Notes under the pieces: generated by a model
The model's database searches: none
What the model was told of the DNA's origin: nothing
What the model saw: the letters and a program-made list of their open reading frames with translations, nothing else
Program-made: the position numbers and the translations under genes
Source of the DNA: Lingula anatina
Taxonomy: Eukaryota > Animalia > Brachiopoda
Assembly (NCBI GenBank): GCA_051362555.1
Contig: CM120642.1
Location: 18,414,001-18,478,000 of the forward strand
Reading direction: 5' to 3'
DNA length: 64,000 nucleotides
Shown: positions 14,412 to 28,200 of the stretch, in pieces
Numbering within the stretch: the first letter of the stretch is position 1
How the letters are laid out: the number at the start of each line of letters is the position of its first letter

Positions 14412-16159
14412 CTCCAAATATATGCAATGTTTTGAAAAAAACTGACAATAAGCAGTAAAATGGCAATGAAGTACACTATTTGCACCAAAAAGTAAATAAA
14501 CAAAGTGAAATTGGAAAGAAAAGAAAAAGATGGATGAATAAAAACTGTTTTTATACAGTTTTATACGTTCATACAGTTTTAAATATACTATGGCCCAGTA
14601 GGTAAAATACCCCCCCCCCCCCATCACTACTATCCCAACTTCGCTTCATGTGCAATGGTTATAGATTATTAAATGTGCCACTGTTACCTCTGCCATATTT
14701 CTTATCTTTCCAAGAAAACACAAAAGCATCAGTCCCACCGAATTAAATGCCATGACTAGGTAGATTTCAGTTCGTGACGAGTTGGCGTGAGTCGGCTTAA
14801 TGTCAATGGCCTTTTTGACCGCTAACAGCTGTTCTAATGAAAGAAAAAAATAACAGAGACGCTGGTTCTGTTTTTAGATCGTGTCGCACCATCATTCGGT
14901 AATGCACGGCTAGTAATCCTATGTTATTGTTGTCAAGGCGTTTTAAGACCACAAACAAAATTTATGGTTTTTGAGGTGTTTTATTGTCCTAACAGTGAGA
15001 CAGCCCCACCTTTTAAATCGGTAGAGGGCGCTTTATAGTGATGATTATTAGGTTCACTTTACACTTGTTTTTTTTCTGAAATCGAGTTTTTCTTAAAACT
15101 ATTATCGTAATCTTAAACGAGTCAGAATAAAGATAAACGTAGAGCAAATGATACTAGAATATAGTGATATATATTGATTTGAACTGTTAAGGACATACAT
15201 AATTTTGATGATAACTGTGTAAGAAAAAATGGTGCTTCACACAAAATATATAAGTTCACACCTATTTAATTTTCATTAACTTTTAAATAATACGAAAAGA
15301 TATTTAACAGGATATAATCCATGTCTACTACAATAATTTTTAAATTGTCAGTGTGGTCAAATTTCTTCACCGCAAAGACGTAAAAATAACGAACAGAATT
15401 CGAACAAAATTGTTTTGCAGCGTACTCGTTAATTTATGGGGGCGTCCCAATCATCCGCAGCTGCAAGTCCCCGATCTTTTCCAAAACCCGGTCGCATCTA
15501 TCGATTTTGTCGTAAACACAAAAAAGAGGGAGAATCGCGCTAATACATTTGCATGTTTTCAGTAATTTTCCTAAAATTTGTAATTAACATAGATTAGCTT
15601 TGCTTTTACCAATCTGATTGCGGAGGTGATGGAAGGACACGACGGGTAGAAGATGCAGAAAACAACGTCATCTGTCATAATAACGTTGACATATGGCGTT
15701 AGAGTGGATTTTAACAACTTTCTAGTATAATACCGAATAAGAAAAAATTGAAATCTCCCCTGAGGGAGAGTGATTAAATAATTTTGTGTAAACTTTGTTT
15801 AAAAGACAGCTCCTCTTGACATGAGTTTTTTACTATCGTCACTTTAAAGTTGACACGACGGAAAGGGGGCAGGTGATCAACAAATTAACAGGTGCTACGA
15901 AAGGATTTTGAAGGCGATAAAAGACTTGTTCGCCCTGAGGGAAAATCTGAAACAAACACATCGTGTCGACTTTATTGTTACTGCAATCAAATTCAAATTA
16001 TATCAATCGCCCGCATGTGTCCTGTTTTTATTTCAAATTTATCGTGTAGCGTCGTCACTGTAAAACGGAGTTGACATGTAACACTGAAGGCCGAAATGAA
16101 AAATGGATATGTGCCAAAGCGCAATGAAATAAGCGATGGCTTGATTGTCCGACTGTCTA

Positions 16160-16163
<4 letters not shown>

Positions 16164-16208
<45 letters not shown>

Positions 16209-16224
16209 GAGAGAGAGAGAGAGA
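16164..16224. repeat. (AG)n microsatellite
   Basis: Direct reading. Confidence 0.9.
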
Positions 16225-19200
16225 TGCTTACGATGTTATCTTCCCGTCCGCAAGGGAGTGTCATAGTCACGCTAATCTACTAAATCCTTCCCTACAAACC
16301 GAGCCCACCACCCCAAGCATTAGTAATTAAGACCCGGTGACTTATGACAACTGAGTAATTAAGATGCTTGCATTTCACACAAGTTCCGGCATTGTGAGGT
16401 AAGAGGTCCTGATCGTTATCGAACGTGTCGGTAAATGGTCAAAATTATTGCGTCAATGCAATCACTTGTGATAAAAATCGGACTTCCTTTTGTTCTATTA
16501 CGTCCCGTGATCGCCCGCGCCTCTCTGAATTTATGTCCTAACGTATCCGAGAGATCTGTCCAATTTGCTGCTGATTATCCTGCTAAATCCTTTGATATTT
16601 AAGAAATTGACCAAAATGCAACGGAAGGCGACAGTGGACGTATTACAGCTTAATTTGGTGATGATAATCTTAACGCTTACGTTGCATTAAGAAATTATCT
16701 AAAAATTTTGCAATTTGATATTCGGTATAGACTATGGTTTTGAAGTGGATTGCATGTTACGGATGAGAAGTTTTGGTGATAAAGAACCGCGACAAGACAT
16801 TCAATTGTAAATACACGACAGTTTTTAAAATAAATAAATAAATAAATAAATAAATATAAATAAATAAAAAGCAAAGAAAGAAACATGATAATAATAATGA
16901 TATAATATTTACACATTGTTGAGCGGTATTAAGTCCACAATTTTTGAAAATACTATCCTATAGCTAGGACCCAAAATATCCTCTATTTAAGATTACAGTA
17001 AATTCTAAGTATATGGAGATCCGACTAAATTTTCGGCTTTTAAAAACCAGTATCAGTCATGCAACTTGTTTTTCTATGGCAACTGAGGTACAAAGTCAAA
17101 TAAGACGTTTTAAAACTAACCTTTTCAATATCTAATTTCTGTTACAAAATTATTGTCGATAATTCCATTAATTTGCACCACAATGTTTTTTGGAAAGAGT
17201 GTTTCACGTAAATACGGACATGTTTACGATGATAAAGGTGAATATCCTTATTATATTGTCCCATTTGATATTTTAGATAATATTCCAACAATTATTTTGA
17301 ACAATTGCCACTAACGGTATACCTAATTATCACTTTCTCTTGTCCACTTTCTGGTTTGAAAATCACAAAAACACAAGAACAGAATAACAACCTTCGATAC
17401 AAAACATACACTGAAACCATGTCGTTAAAAACTGGATGCATTAGAAATTGACTAGCTTTTTGTACCATGATTTATTTATTTATAATATAAACAGAGGCAT
17501 AATAGCTTCATATAGACAACGATATTTATTCGCAAAAAGCATGTAAAGCTATGTCCTTTTGTCAAAATGCACAAAAATGTTCATGGGTAAAGTGAAATAA
17601 AATATTGATACATATATATTAAAAACAATACAAAGGGAATGTAATTGATATGATATGGTGATTATTACAAATTCTCTTTGTTGGCATTTTCTCATGCCGA
17701 CACACTAAAAAAAATGACACATAAGATGAAAAATAAAAGGAATGAATATGTTGAAGATAAATATAGAAAGAAAATGAATGAATTAGTTTTTAAAAATTCT
17801 GAATTTAAAAAAAACAACAACAAATTTTGAAAAGTGCCCACTGTTAACTTGCACGGGTATAAACCACACGCTGTCTGTTTATTCAACAAACTGTTTAACA
17901 CTTAATGTCACAAGGGGAAATTTATGGCGCGGATATGGCAGCCAGGTATGTTATCACGGACCCTAAGTCCGCTTCTGCCGGAACCAAGACCCTCACTTTC
18001 TTAATTAACTTGGACCTATCGCCCGGGCCATCTTCATGCCCGTGTTCCCCTAACCACCCAGTAAAGACACCGAATTCGGTCGGAAATTGACGCCTGCACT
18101 TCCCGATGGAAAGATCTGTAGATCGATGTCAGCAGAAAATTGCGCGGATAGTGTTATCATCGCTTCCCAATGTGACGATAATTGGGGCTTAATTCGTGCT
18201 GTTCTAATTGAAAAAGTATAATTTTCCAGTTCAGATCTTCCGATTTCGCCTCTAATCGCAGTTTGTTCTGCTATGTTACCGACTAATTTCGAGAAATTTA
18301 GATCCATGTGAGATTAAATTGAAGATTTATACTAGTTTTAATGCATTTGACCACGGAGTTTTATCGGCCCACTCCTGTCTCGCCACCCTTGGCTTGCTCA
18401 ATATTTTGTTCACCGAAGTGATGGCAATTTTAAGCTTGGAAAAATATGTATAATGAAATAACTCTATATTTGGAATAATCTCTTGGATTTATATGTCTTA
18501 AATCAGTGCAAATTAAACAGTTGTCCAAGGTGAATTCTTTAGTGGGGATTTTTTGTTTTAGTTTTAAACCAACTGACAAACCTATAAAAATAATCCGATT
18601 TTTGGATACATACTTTTTGTAGATCTTATCACTGATTTGGTTTTAATTTATTGTCATTGTAAGAATATTTATGGATTTCATTTTATTGAAATTATTTTTC
18701 TACTTCTATTTTTCTGTTTCCATGTTTGAATATCTGACTTACCCAAAACTTTATCCATATTTTCATGAAAAGGGTTGTAAGCTGGTACAATGAACTAATG
18801 GTATTTTCACACTTGTTTTATATAATCTTAGGTATTCCCTATGGGTTGGTTTTTAACTGTTAACATTACGTGGATAATAAATCATTTCTAGGACTGTAGA
18901 ATAGCAGCTCGGAAAGCTTGGTCTTTTATGAGTAATGTTTTGCTGACACAGTTAATTATGATACTGTTGAAATTTGTGTGAATCTACCTAATTTTTTTAT
19001 ATCTGTGGTTTTTATGTTGTGAAGTAAATTTCTCATAACTTAACTATATTAAAAAATGCTATTTTTTCCATACCTGTCAAAAAAAAAAAAAGATCGACAT
19101 CAGGAAAATCTTTTCGTTTTTGATTTGCAGATCGTTTGTTTAAATGTTGTATAATCGATATCTTTAAACTACAAAATAAGAATTGTATTATCCACGAAGA

Positions 19201-22200
19201 TCTCCTATGAAGAAATTTGTTGATAAACGATAAAGACAGCTTTTATGTCAGTTTCGTAACTGACATAAACTTCTCAGACGTGTAGCAAAAGGTTCAAAGG
19301 GCACAGGTAAAACGACAGCTATTTTTTCTTCCTTCACTATTGCGTGTTTTACAGTCACACTGGTATTCAGCTAACTGATTATGTTTGAATGGCGTCAGTT
19401 TCTCCAATTTGGCAATTTTCTTCTGCACCTGCCTAATTCTTTTAATAGAACTTGGAAGCGAAAAAACTTGATTTTGACAGGCAAATTTTCTGCCTTAGGC
19501 TAAACGAGTGGTCTACTCGCTGTTAGCATTGTTTGGGTGGCAGCCTCTCGCTCTGCCTCGCTGGTCCGTAAAACTGCCAGGGAAAGTTTACGTTGGTGTT
19601 TTGTTTTCTATTGTTCCATTAAAATCTAGGACACGAGCATTCTACAATACACAAAAGTCCCAGTCTCCAATAATTACAAAGGCAAGGCCCGCATATATGC
19701 CGTTTGGGTAGATAGGCCCGCTCAGCCTTCAAGCAAGTTTGGTCTGAGATGAGAACCACGAAACTTGTATTGTTTGTTCAAACTAGACAGTTTAAAATAA
19801 GGATAACAACATACATGTGGAACAGAAACAATAGTGTTTTTTTTTTTTTGGCAAATGGGGGAGTGGGGGGAGGGGGTAAAGTCATTTTCTTTCTAGAAAA
19901 AATGCACTGCTGAGTGATTGTATGATTTAAATTAACTTCGGTCAGATTGCCTGCTCCTACAGTAACGATTGTCTTTGTTTACTCTTTGTTTTGTCAAACC
20001 CCCTTCCGTTTTCCGTTCAAAAGTAGTACCTCTGTGCTACCCATTTAAGTTTTCCTCTCTAAGGAATTGTTTTTCAAACATTATAACTCTATAAATACAT
20101 TTTCACAATATTAATTTTCTAAGCCTTCTCTTTTTTCACTTTCCGTCTGCTGATTAGGTTGGGGTGGGGAGGATTTGGAAGGGGACATGTCGCCTTCTCA
20201 TCTGGCCTTTATGCCCGAGTGACAATTACCTGTCATCTGGAGAAATGAACTGCTGCCTTGGCGGCCCGTTCCCCTAAGCATCCATTCGGTAATTAAAATT
20301 GCACTAATTAATGTCAGACTTTCTGATGCGGTGCCGGGTACGACGCAGTTCAGCAAGAAGACACCCTGAAAGACGCCAGGGTGATGACGACCCGACGCAT
20401 TAAGACGAGCAAACAAAAAACCTTTCTAACAAAAACCATTAATTGTGAAGGCAGCGTTGTCGCGAATGGACAGTGGGCGTCCGCCAGTCCCTAACTGGTC
20501 ATTATTTCGACTACAACACCGGACATTGGAATTAATGGTTCTTATCATTTTCCCTGATGTAAATAAGATGTCGAAAAAATACCATAGACTAATAGATGGG
20601 GTTGAATATGATCTACATGACACCTGTGAAAACAGGTAACTTTTAAAAAAGAGACTTAATGTCCTCCCTTGTCATTTTGCGTTGCCCAAGGGACTTTTAT
20701 ACCCGTAATTTAACGGAGAAATGAGGGGATTCTATTCAAGAAGTCATGTTTCGTACAATGCGTTCAGAGCGGTATAAAATTGCCAGTTACGTCTCGTCAA
20801 CTTTGAAATGACTGTGTCAGTTAACCTACCTGTTCTGCTACCTCATAGAAATTAAGCTATCACCCCATTCTTTCTTTATCGCCATCAACTAAAGAGCACA
20901 ATTGTAAAGAATTCCATGTTTTTTTCTACCTCTCCCTTTGTGGTGACTGTTCTTATGCACCTATTTGGTTGTCCTGAGCTGTGCTTTTAAGATGAAATGT
21001 ATTGATTTATTGCGAATATTTTGGTGAACCTCATGTATAATAATATCAGTCCTCCCCGTCCTCCTTTTCTTTTATATGGTTTTGGATGTCTTATTTCTAA
21101 AGACAAAGGAGATGGATTTGTATATGAAAATATCACACAGGTCTTGAGATGCTGTAATTAATTTTACTTATAAAAGTTCAGTATTCGAGATCACGAAACG
21201 GCGAAAGATGACACTGTGTTTTGGTTTAGTCAAACGAATTTGAATACAATGATATGGAGAAATACGGTCGAATTCAGAATTTTGAAGAAGTTTGTATTAG
21301 GCATCAAGAAATAAATACCAAAAAGAGCATCCAAAATTAATATCAATAGAGGATGAGATTTTATGTATTTGAATCCTTTACACTGTAAGCATTGTCAGTT
21401 ATGCGCAAATTTTAAGTCACTCGTGTCCTTAGCAAACAATAGTTTTTTTTTTTTTTTTTGCAATTGACTGCTTCCTTTCTTGAGTTCTGTGTTAGCATAT
21501 GGACACCTATCCAATGGAACTGGGTGTGCATTTGTTTACAAAATAATTTGTTCTGTTTACGGAAAAACACGGTGAGAGTGGCCCGATAAAAAATGATGAA
21601 AAAAAAAAATGGACCAATGCTTTGGGCTCACTGTGATTGTTCTCTCTCTTGAAATTTATCCTTTGTCAATTATCTTATCGTTACGTTTTAAATGATGTCC
21701 AGTAACTCCTCTATATACCCCCTACACCCTAAAATCTTTCTTTTGCAAAAGTTTAAAAACAATGTTCTTGTGATTACGACTTCTTCCACCCATCAGTACA
21801 GCCCCCCCCCCCCCACACACACACACACACTCACACGCACATAGGCACACTCAACGGCTTGAAGGGGTCTTATGTAAGATTGTGTCCATTGATGAAACTG
21901 AAAGGGAAGTTGGATGTAACATTTACAGGCAACCGCTTGTCAAAGTGCCACAGAACCAAAAGCGCAGGGGGGGGGGGGGGGGTTGGGGGTAAGAGAAATG
22001 GGGGGAATATAAAAGGGTCCACTTTTCAAACAAATAGATATTTCCTTTAAAATGGCTGGCAACAGGCCTGTTGTTACGTGATACCCTTTTAAAGATATCA
22101 GTCAGAAGGAAAGTTAATATCTCCACCCAAGTTAGCGTGACTTGGGCGTCTGTGTTAGTAAACTTGATCTGCCCACGTGACCTGCATCGCGCGCCAGTAT

Positions 22201-22859
22201 CTCCGGTGCTAGTCCCAGGTAATTGCGGGACATTTGACAGGACCAATTTATCGAATTTCACGAAAAGAAATTAAACTGTCAGCCGGCTATCATTATCCAG
22301 TTGTCATTGTACAGTCGGAGGCGGTTTATCCGGGTCCATTTAATCTTATGTTTTCCCATTGTAAAAGTCGAAGTCGATACGTTGATGTATGGGGCTGACA
22401 TCAATATTTGCACCTTTTTGTCATTGTTAATCTGCGATTTTAGATTGGAGCCAATAACCGAATGCAAACACGCGTCAAAGTAAGATGTAATGGAACACTG
22501 TACATGAGGGTACTATCAGTCATAGCGTGGCACGAAAGACAGCAGGTCGCTTTTTCTCTTTTATTCACTTCAGGTCGATTCAATTTTTTATTATTTTTTA
22601 TGTTGTTTTTTTTTATTTTTTGCAGAGAGAAGGGAACCGGACGGAACACGAATTAAAAAGCGAAGTCTCTCTCTCTCTCTCTCTCTCTCTCATGTGAAAT
22701 TTACCCTATTCTTTAAATCAGAAAATGTTCATTTGGAAATGGTTAGACATTGATAATAAGGTCTGTTTAAAAACGCGCGCGCGCCTGCAAGTTTCGATGT
22801 TTCAAAATGATTCAAAGTACGCCATTGCACGTCAAGAGAAAGTTTAAAAGAGCGATCAG

Positions 22860-22863
<4 letters not shown>

Positions 22864-22905
<42 letters not shown>

Positions 22906-22926
22906 TGTGTGTGTGTGTGTGTGTGT

Positions 22927-22958
<32 letters not shown>
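22864..22958. repeat. (GT)n microsatellite with ACGT interruptions
   Basis: Direct reading. Confidence 0.9.
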
Positions 22959-22962
<4 letters not shown>

Positions 22963-24180
22963 ATCTTTGAAATAAGTTAATTTTTGAGAGGACTGGGAGA
23001 AGAGATTTTAAAGATAAAAACTGTTCGTATGAGATTCTTATTTCACGATAAAAACATTGTCAGTGACTCATAAAAATATAATAAACTCCAATTTACCTCC
23101 AAAACAGTGGTTATAACAATAATTCTGGAATTTGTGCTTGTCAGTAGACCATGTGGACCTTCATGGATATTCTTAAGAGATCATACGAAAAAACCTAACT
23201 TTTTAGGAAAAAAAAGGACCAAATTAGAATGTCCGCATTGATTCAATAACCATTGGTGAGTATGGAAAAATCGTCGTTTATCCAAGGAAAATCCGTTTTT
23301 GACCAAAATTTATTTTAACGAAAAGATTCCATTGAATTTGTAAAATTATAAGTTGTTTTCTCACGAAGAAAAAAACTCTCGAAATAATTCATTATATTTA
23401 TTATTTATTATTATATTATTCACAGACATAATCGGCTTACAACTGAATATTATTTTCATTTCATACTCATTATCTAATCACCAAAGTTTCTTGTCTATAA
23501 CTGACAAACCGAACATTTATGCAATCTTCAACTCTAAAAATTTGTTTTCCGCTCTTAGGCTATATAGGCCTATCGTTAAATGCATCAAGAGGTTAATTTT
23601 TTTTTTTTTATCAAAATGAAGAGAGGGTTCAAATTCATATGTAGATGACTTTTGGTATGTTAATAACACTCAGTCAGATTTGATTAGCCACGAAAAGAAA
23701 AAAAAGTCGTATTTGACATAACACATAATATAATGGGGCCTAGGCTACCATGACAAGAGACTACCCTGCCATGCAGGGTGGGTCGTCTGTCTCTGAGCCT
23801 GAAGAAAATTTATTTCAGAATTTTTTTAAAGATATTAAATGCGAATGATCAAAGAAGATGAGTTCGTACAAATGTCATGTGAATTGTGCACCAAACATCG
23901 GAGATGATATCAAAATATACAGTGTGAAATTTTATATTTCACGGATAGGGATCAATAGGTCTTTGTGTAGCCAGTTTAGCATGCAGACGGTCGGTCTTAG
24001 AATATTTTTCAAATAATTAAAAAAAACATATAAAAATGGTCACTTCCCCAATCATTGGATCTAAAATTGAAATAAACTATCAATCACACATTTTTCATAT
24101 ATTCTTACATAGATCTAGAGTCTAGGCGTTTTAGAAAAATCAATTTGTTTGTTTTCCCTGTTGACGCAACAGAGACCAAC

Positions 24181-24282
24181 CCAATGACTGGTTCACGCAA
24201 ATTCTCGCGAGATGTTCATGTCACGTGATCGTTGCTAAGCAGGCGCCATTGTAAACTATTGTATGCCTTAGAAAATAGCAAC
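24181..24282 (+). promoter_or_regulatory. CFAP77 proximal promoter
   Basis: Within 165 bp upstream of the ATG: CCAAT (24181), palindrome TCTCGCGAGA (24203-24212), E-box GTCACGTGAT (24220-24229), RFX X-box-like GTTGCTAAGCAGG (24231-24243), YY1-like CGCCATT, and an X-box half-site TAGCAAC (24276-24282). Confidence 0.6.
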
Positions 24283-24343
24283 ACAACACGTTTTGGTATA
24301 TAGATTAGAGACTGACAGACCGACGTGAAGATAAACTAACACC

Positions 24344-25153
24344 ATGTTGCGCTTAGATGATTACAGCAAGACGGCCACTGGTATTCTCGGTGAAAAGCGG
24401 GAGACCATGTTGGATAATGAGTTACTTTTGAGGGTAGGTGGAATATCATAAATGAAATAAACCAAATTTTAATAGGCATAAATTGATCTACACGGTGCAA
24501 TGTTTTAACTTATACATATAACATTTGTGTGTTGTTGCAGTTCAAACTAGACTAACATCGCTGTTTATGGTATTTATTAATGGTGAAACTTATCCGTGAA
24601 TTTTTTTAGATTTTTAAATAAAGCCCTAAAGATTAGATAATTATAACGTGTTGCTAATTAATTTAATATGATGGTCTATGAGCATGTAGCAAGTAACTTA
24701 TTACCTGAGAGTTTGATCAGCTTTTGATCTCAATTTCGGGTCAAGTTTTAATTTTACCACGTCATGTTTAGTGGTGCTCTAGAGAGATGTACTGGATATA
24801 ACCTACCTCAGATGGTGAATATTTTACTGATATTTCAACCTGTATATAATTTTTTAATTAATATTATCATTATCATCATATTTTATGTATTAATTTAGCC
24901 ACAATTAGGCCAGACAATGAGAAGAGGCTACACAATTCCTGATGGCTTCACATTTGGACGTCCAAATGCTGTTAAAGATGGAGGAACTGCTGAAGGTTTG
25001 TTCTGATGAATAACATGTACTGTATTTATAATTATAATATTTTAATGTTGGACCTGGCCTCCCTCTATTCCCCCCCCCCCCCCCCACACACACCTTTATC
25101 TTATAACACCCACACAAACACACACACATATGTGCACACACATATGCACATGG

Positions 25154-25211
<58 letters not shown>

Positions 25212-28200
25212 CTGTGGCTGAAAGACATTTTGTATGTCCATAGATCTTGATATCAGAATTGTTGTTTCCCCTTTTAGATTGTAGGCATTTTATGCTTTCA
25301 TATTTCAAGAAACATTATATTAAATTTTTAATTTTATCTATATTGCGTGTCACTGTGTGTAATCGTTGTTGTGCATTTTTCAAGCTATGACTGGTTGGGC
25401 TGGTTCAATATCTCTTCCAATGCCAAGGAAACACGAAAAACAAAGAGGCCGGGATTTCATCTCTCTTAACAGAGCAGCACTCAATGCAGGTATGATGGCA
25501 ACAATTTTTTTCCTAGGCTCTAGCATATATTTATGAAATCAGTGTAATTATTGTTAAATATAGAGGCATATATTTATGTGTTGTAGGCCAAAAACCAGGT
25601 TGTAATCTCAATAACAATTTCTTTGTTTAACTTGATGAAATCTTGAAGCATACATGTATATTACGTATTAGAACTTAGATGATATAGCACATTATCTAAG
25701 TAAGATATTATGTGCATGACCAAGTTTGGTATGGTATGTTATTGTCACATACACTGATACACATTAAAAAAAATTAATTTTGGCAAAAAAGCTAAATATC
25801 TCAAAAGGGACTGACTATATTTTTTTGTTTTTGTGATGGATCACATGCAGACAATTCAGTCACATCAAGGATGAATCGTCTAAAAGATTCAAGGATGGAA
25901 ATGTCATGCTTCAGAAGTGAAAAACACATTTTTTTCTCTCTGAAAACAATTTACTTTTTTTCATCATAAATTGTGTCTATTTGATTTGATTTAAGGTCTG
26001 ACCAATGCCTCTGACCAGTATCAATTCAGAGCAACTCATGACGTCCGCCTCAAAGCTCAAGATGAGGACAGGAGCAGAAACAGAACGCGTCGAATTCCAC
26101 CTAGCATGGTGTTTGGAATCTCTACACGGTAAATAGTACATGCAGACATTGACAAATTTCTTTATATTTATTTTTGAAATTACTTTCTTTTGTATAAATG
26201 TGGCTTGGTTGTATTTTGTGCCTTCTCTTAAATTTGGGAATCGCTATACATATATGTGTGGAGCACAATTTAGAAAAATGTCCCATCATGCATGGATGCC
26301 TGCACATGAACACACACATGCACATGCATGCACTGATTGAGATCGAGAACCAAACAAATGCAGGGTAACTTTTATCAATTAATCAATTTCACAGGGCTTC
26401 TGGCTTTATGCTGGCATTGTGCAAAACCTTGCATAATGCTTTCCATGCATTGATTCTACACACATTATGTATATTGATAATATTGAGAATGAGAAAATGA
26501 GAATGCCTTGACAAGAGTGAGGTATCGACTATTGTAGAAATCAAGGCTAAGACAGAATTTTTGATTAACTTTCTGTGTTGATATAATTGCTATGGTAAAC
26601 TGGAAGTTTGGTCTTCTTAAAAAAAACATATATACAACAGTAAAAAGAATGATGTTTTTATTGAAGTGAAGTCAATAAGGAAGCAGATCAATCATAATAT
26701 TGTGATGCAGAAATAAAAAAAAAAATTGTCAGAATAATACTTACAATGGTGCTATAACAATAAAATGAACATTTCTGATTGTCTTGGATGATGTCAAGGT
26801 AAATCATATTTATGTTGTATAGTGATGTACCAGAAACTAAATTTGATTCTCAAAATAAAGATTAATTTTATCTTTTTTTCTTGCAATACAAATTCTCAAG
26901 ATTGAATATTGATTATTAATGTTGATTGTGCAATTTTCTCTCTGTTGAATAATTTAGTTACTCATTTTAGTGTTCTTAAAAGAAATGTACGAAAACAAAT
27001 CAAGACGTTATTGATAGAGGTATTGCAATCAATAATAAGAATTGAAATAAGTGGGAAAATGGTGCATTTCCATTTGAACCTTTTTCAATGGAGAGAAAAA
27101 GAACAAAACTGTCAGGAGCATATTGAGATTGTCAGTTAAGGTATAAATGCAAAACACTTGTAACCGAGAAAATGGCAATCCAATTAGTGGAAATGATTTA
27201 TCTTTTAATGAAATTACCAAGCACTAAATGCATGCATGGAGTATTTCTATAGATCAAACGCTTAACTGTCTTTGTATAATCTTGCACTGGTAAATGCCTG
27301 AAAACTTACCTTGGGTTTGTAAATGATTTTTATTCGTAGGAGGAAACCCGTCCTCCGCCATTTTTATTCTGAGATCCTGCAGACGGAAATTGGTGGGCAA
27401 ACAGAGTGCCATGCAGGCAATTTTAGATGCTTGGTGGCGATAATTGCAGCTATTTGTATGTGAATTTATGAAAATGAACAAGCTTGTGAGCAGTTTGATG
27501 CAGTATTAGGTGTCTTCCTTGTCCATTCATGCGACTAACACCGGACAAAAGCTGCCTCTGAATACACATTGTTTGCAGGTCTTCAGATCGCTTTCCTGGA
27601 TGCAGGGCTGGTGCTTACCTTCCCAGCCCCTGAACATGGATAGCAGAAAGAAAAAAGTCACATGATATACATATACTTATTACAGGGCTCTTTTCGGCTG
27701 TGACTGGCCCTGTTCGGGGATCAAATGTAGCCTAAGACACCAAAATACTTTTAACTGTGTTTTAGTCAGTACAAAAAGCTTAAATGGATTACATTTTATT
27801 CCATTTGCACATATTTCATGGCAAACGATCAAAGAGGGTTTGATACCTGACTATAAAAATATCCCTTTTTGACTTCTAGAGAGGCGTGAATTTTCAGCAC
27901 TTAATTAAGAATATAATGGCACTTCATATGCAACTTTTAAGATGTCCAATTCATCAGAGCTGACACTAACCCTACTCACGATCAAAGATATAACCACTAT
28001 TGCTGATATGATATGCATATACACTTCTCTGCAGTTCACCTCCCATTCCTGTTGAAATTGAAAAATCATCAGTGATTGCAGAATATGATTTGTGTTTAAC
28101 AGTACAATACGCAGGGGAGAATTCCATTCATTTTTCAGCATGAAATATATATTTTTTTGTTTTTCATTTTTGAAAATTCTGCCATAAAGATACTGCTTTG

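Noticed and set aside
24905-25308. CV/HT-repeat ORFs
   Set aside because: Translations of a (CA)n microsatellite.
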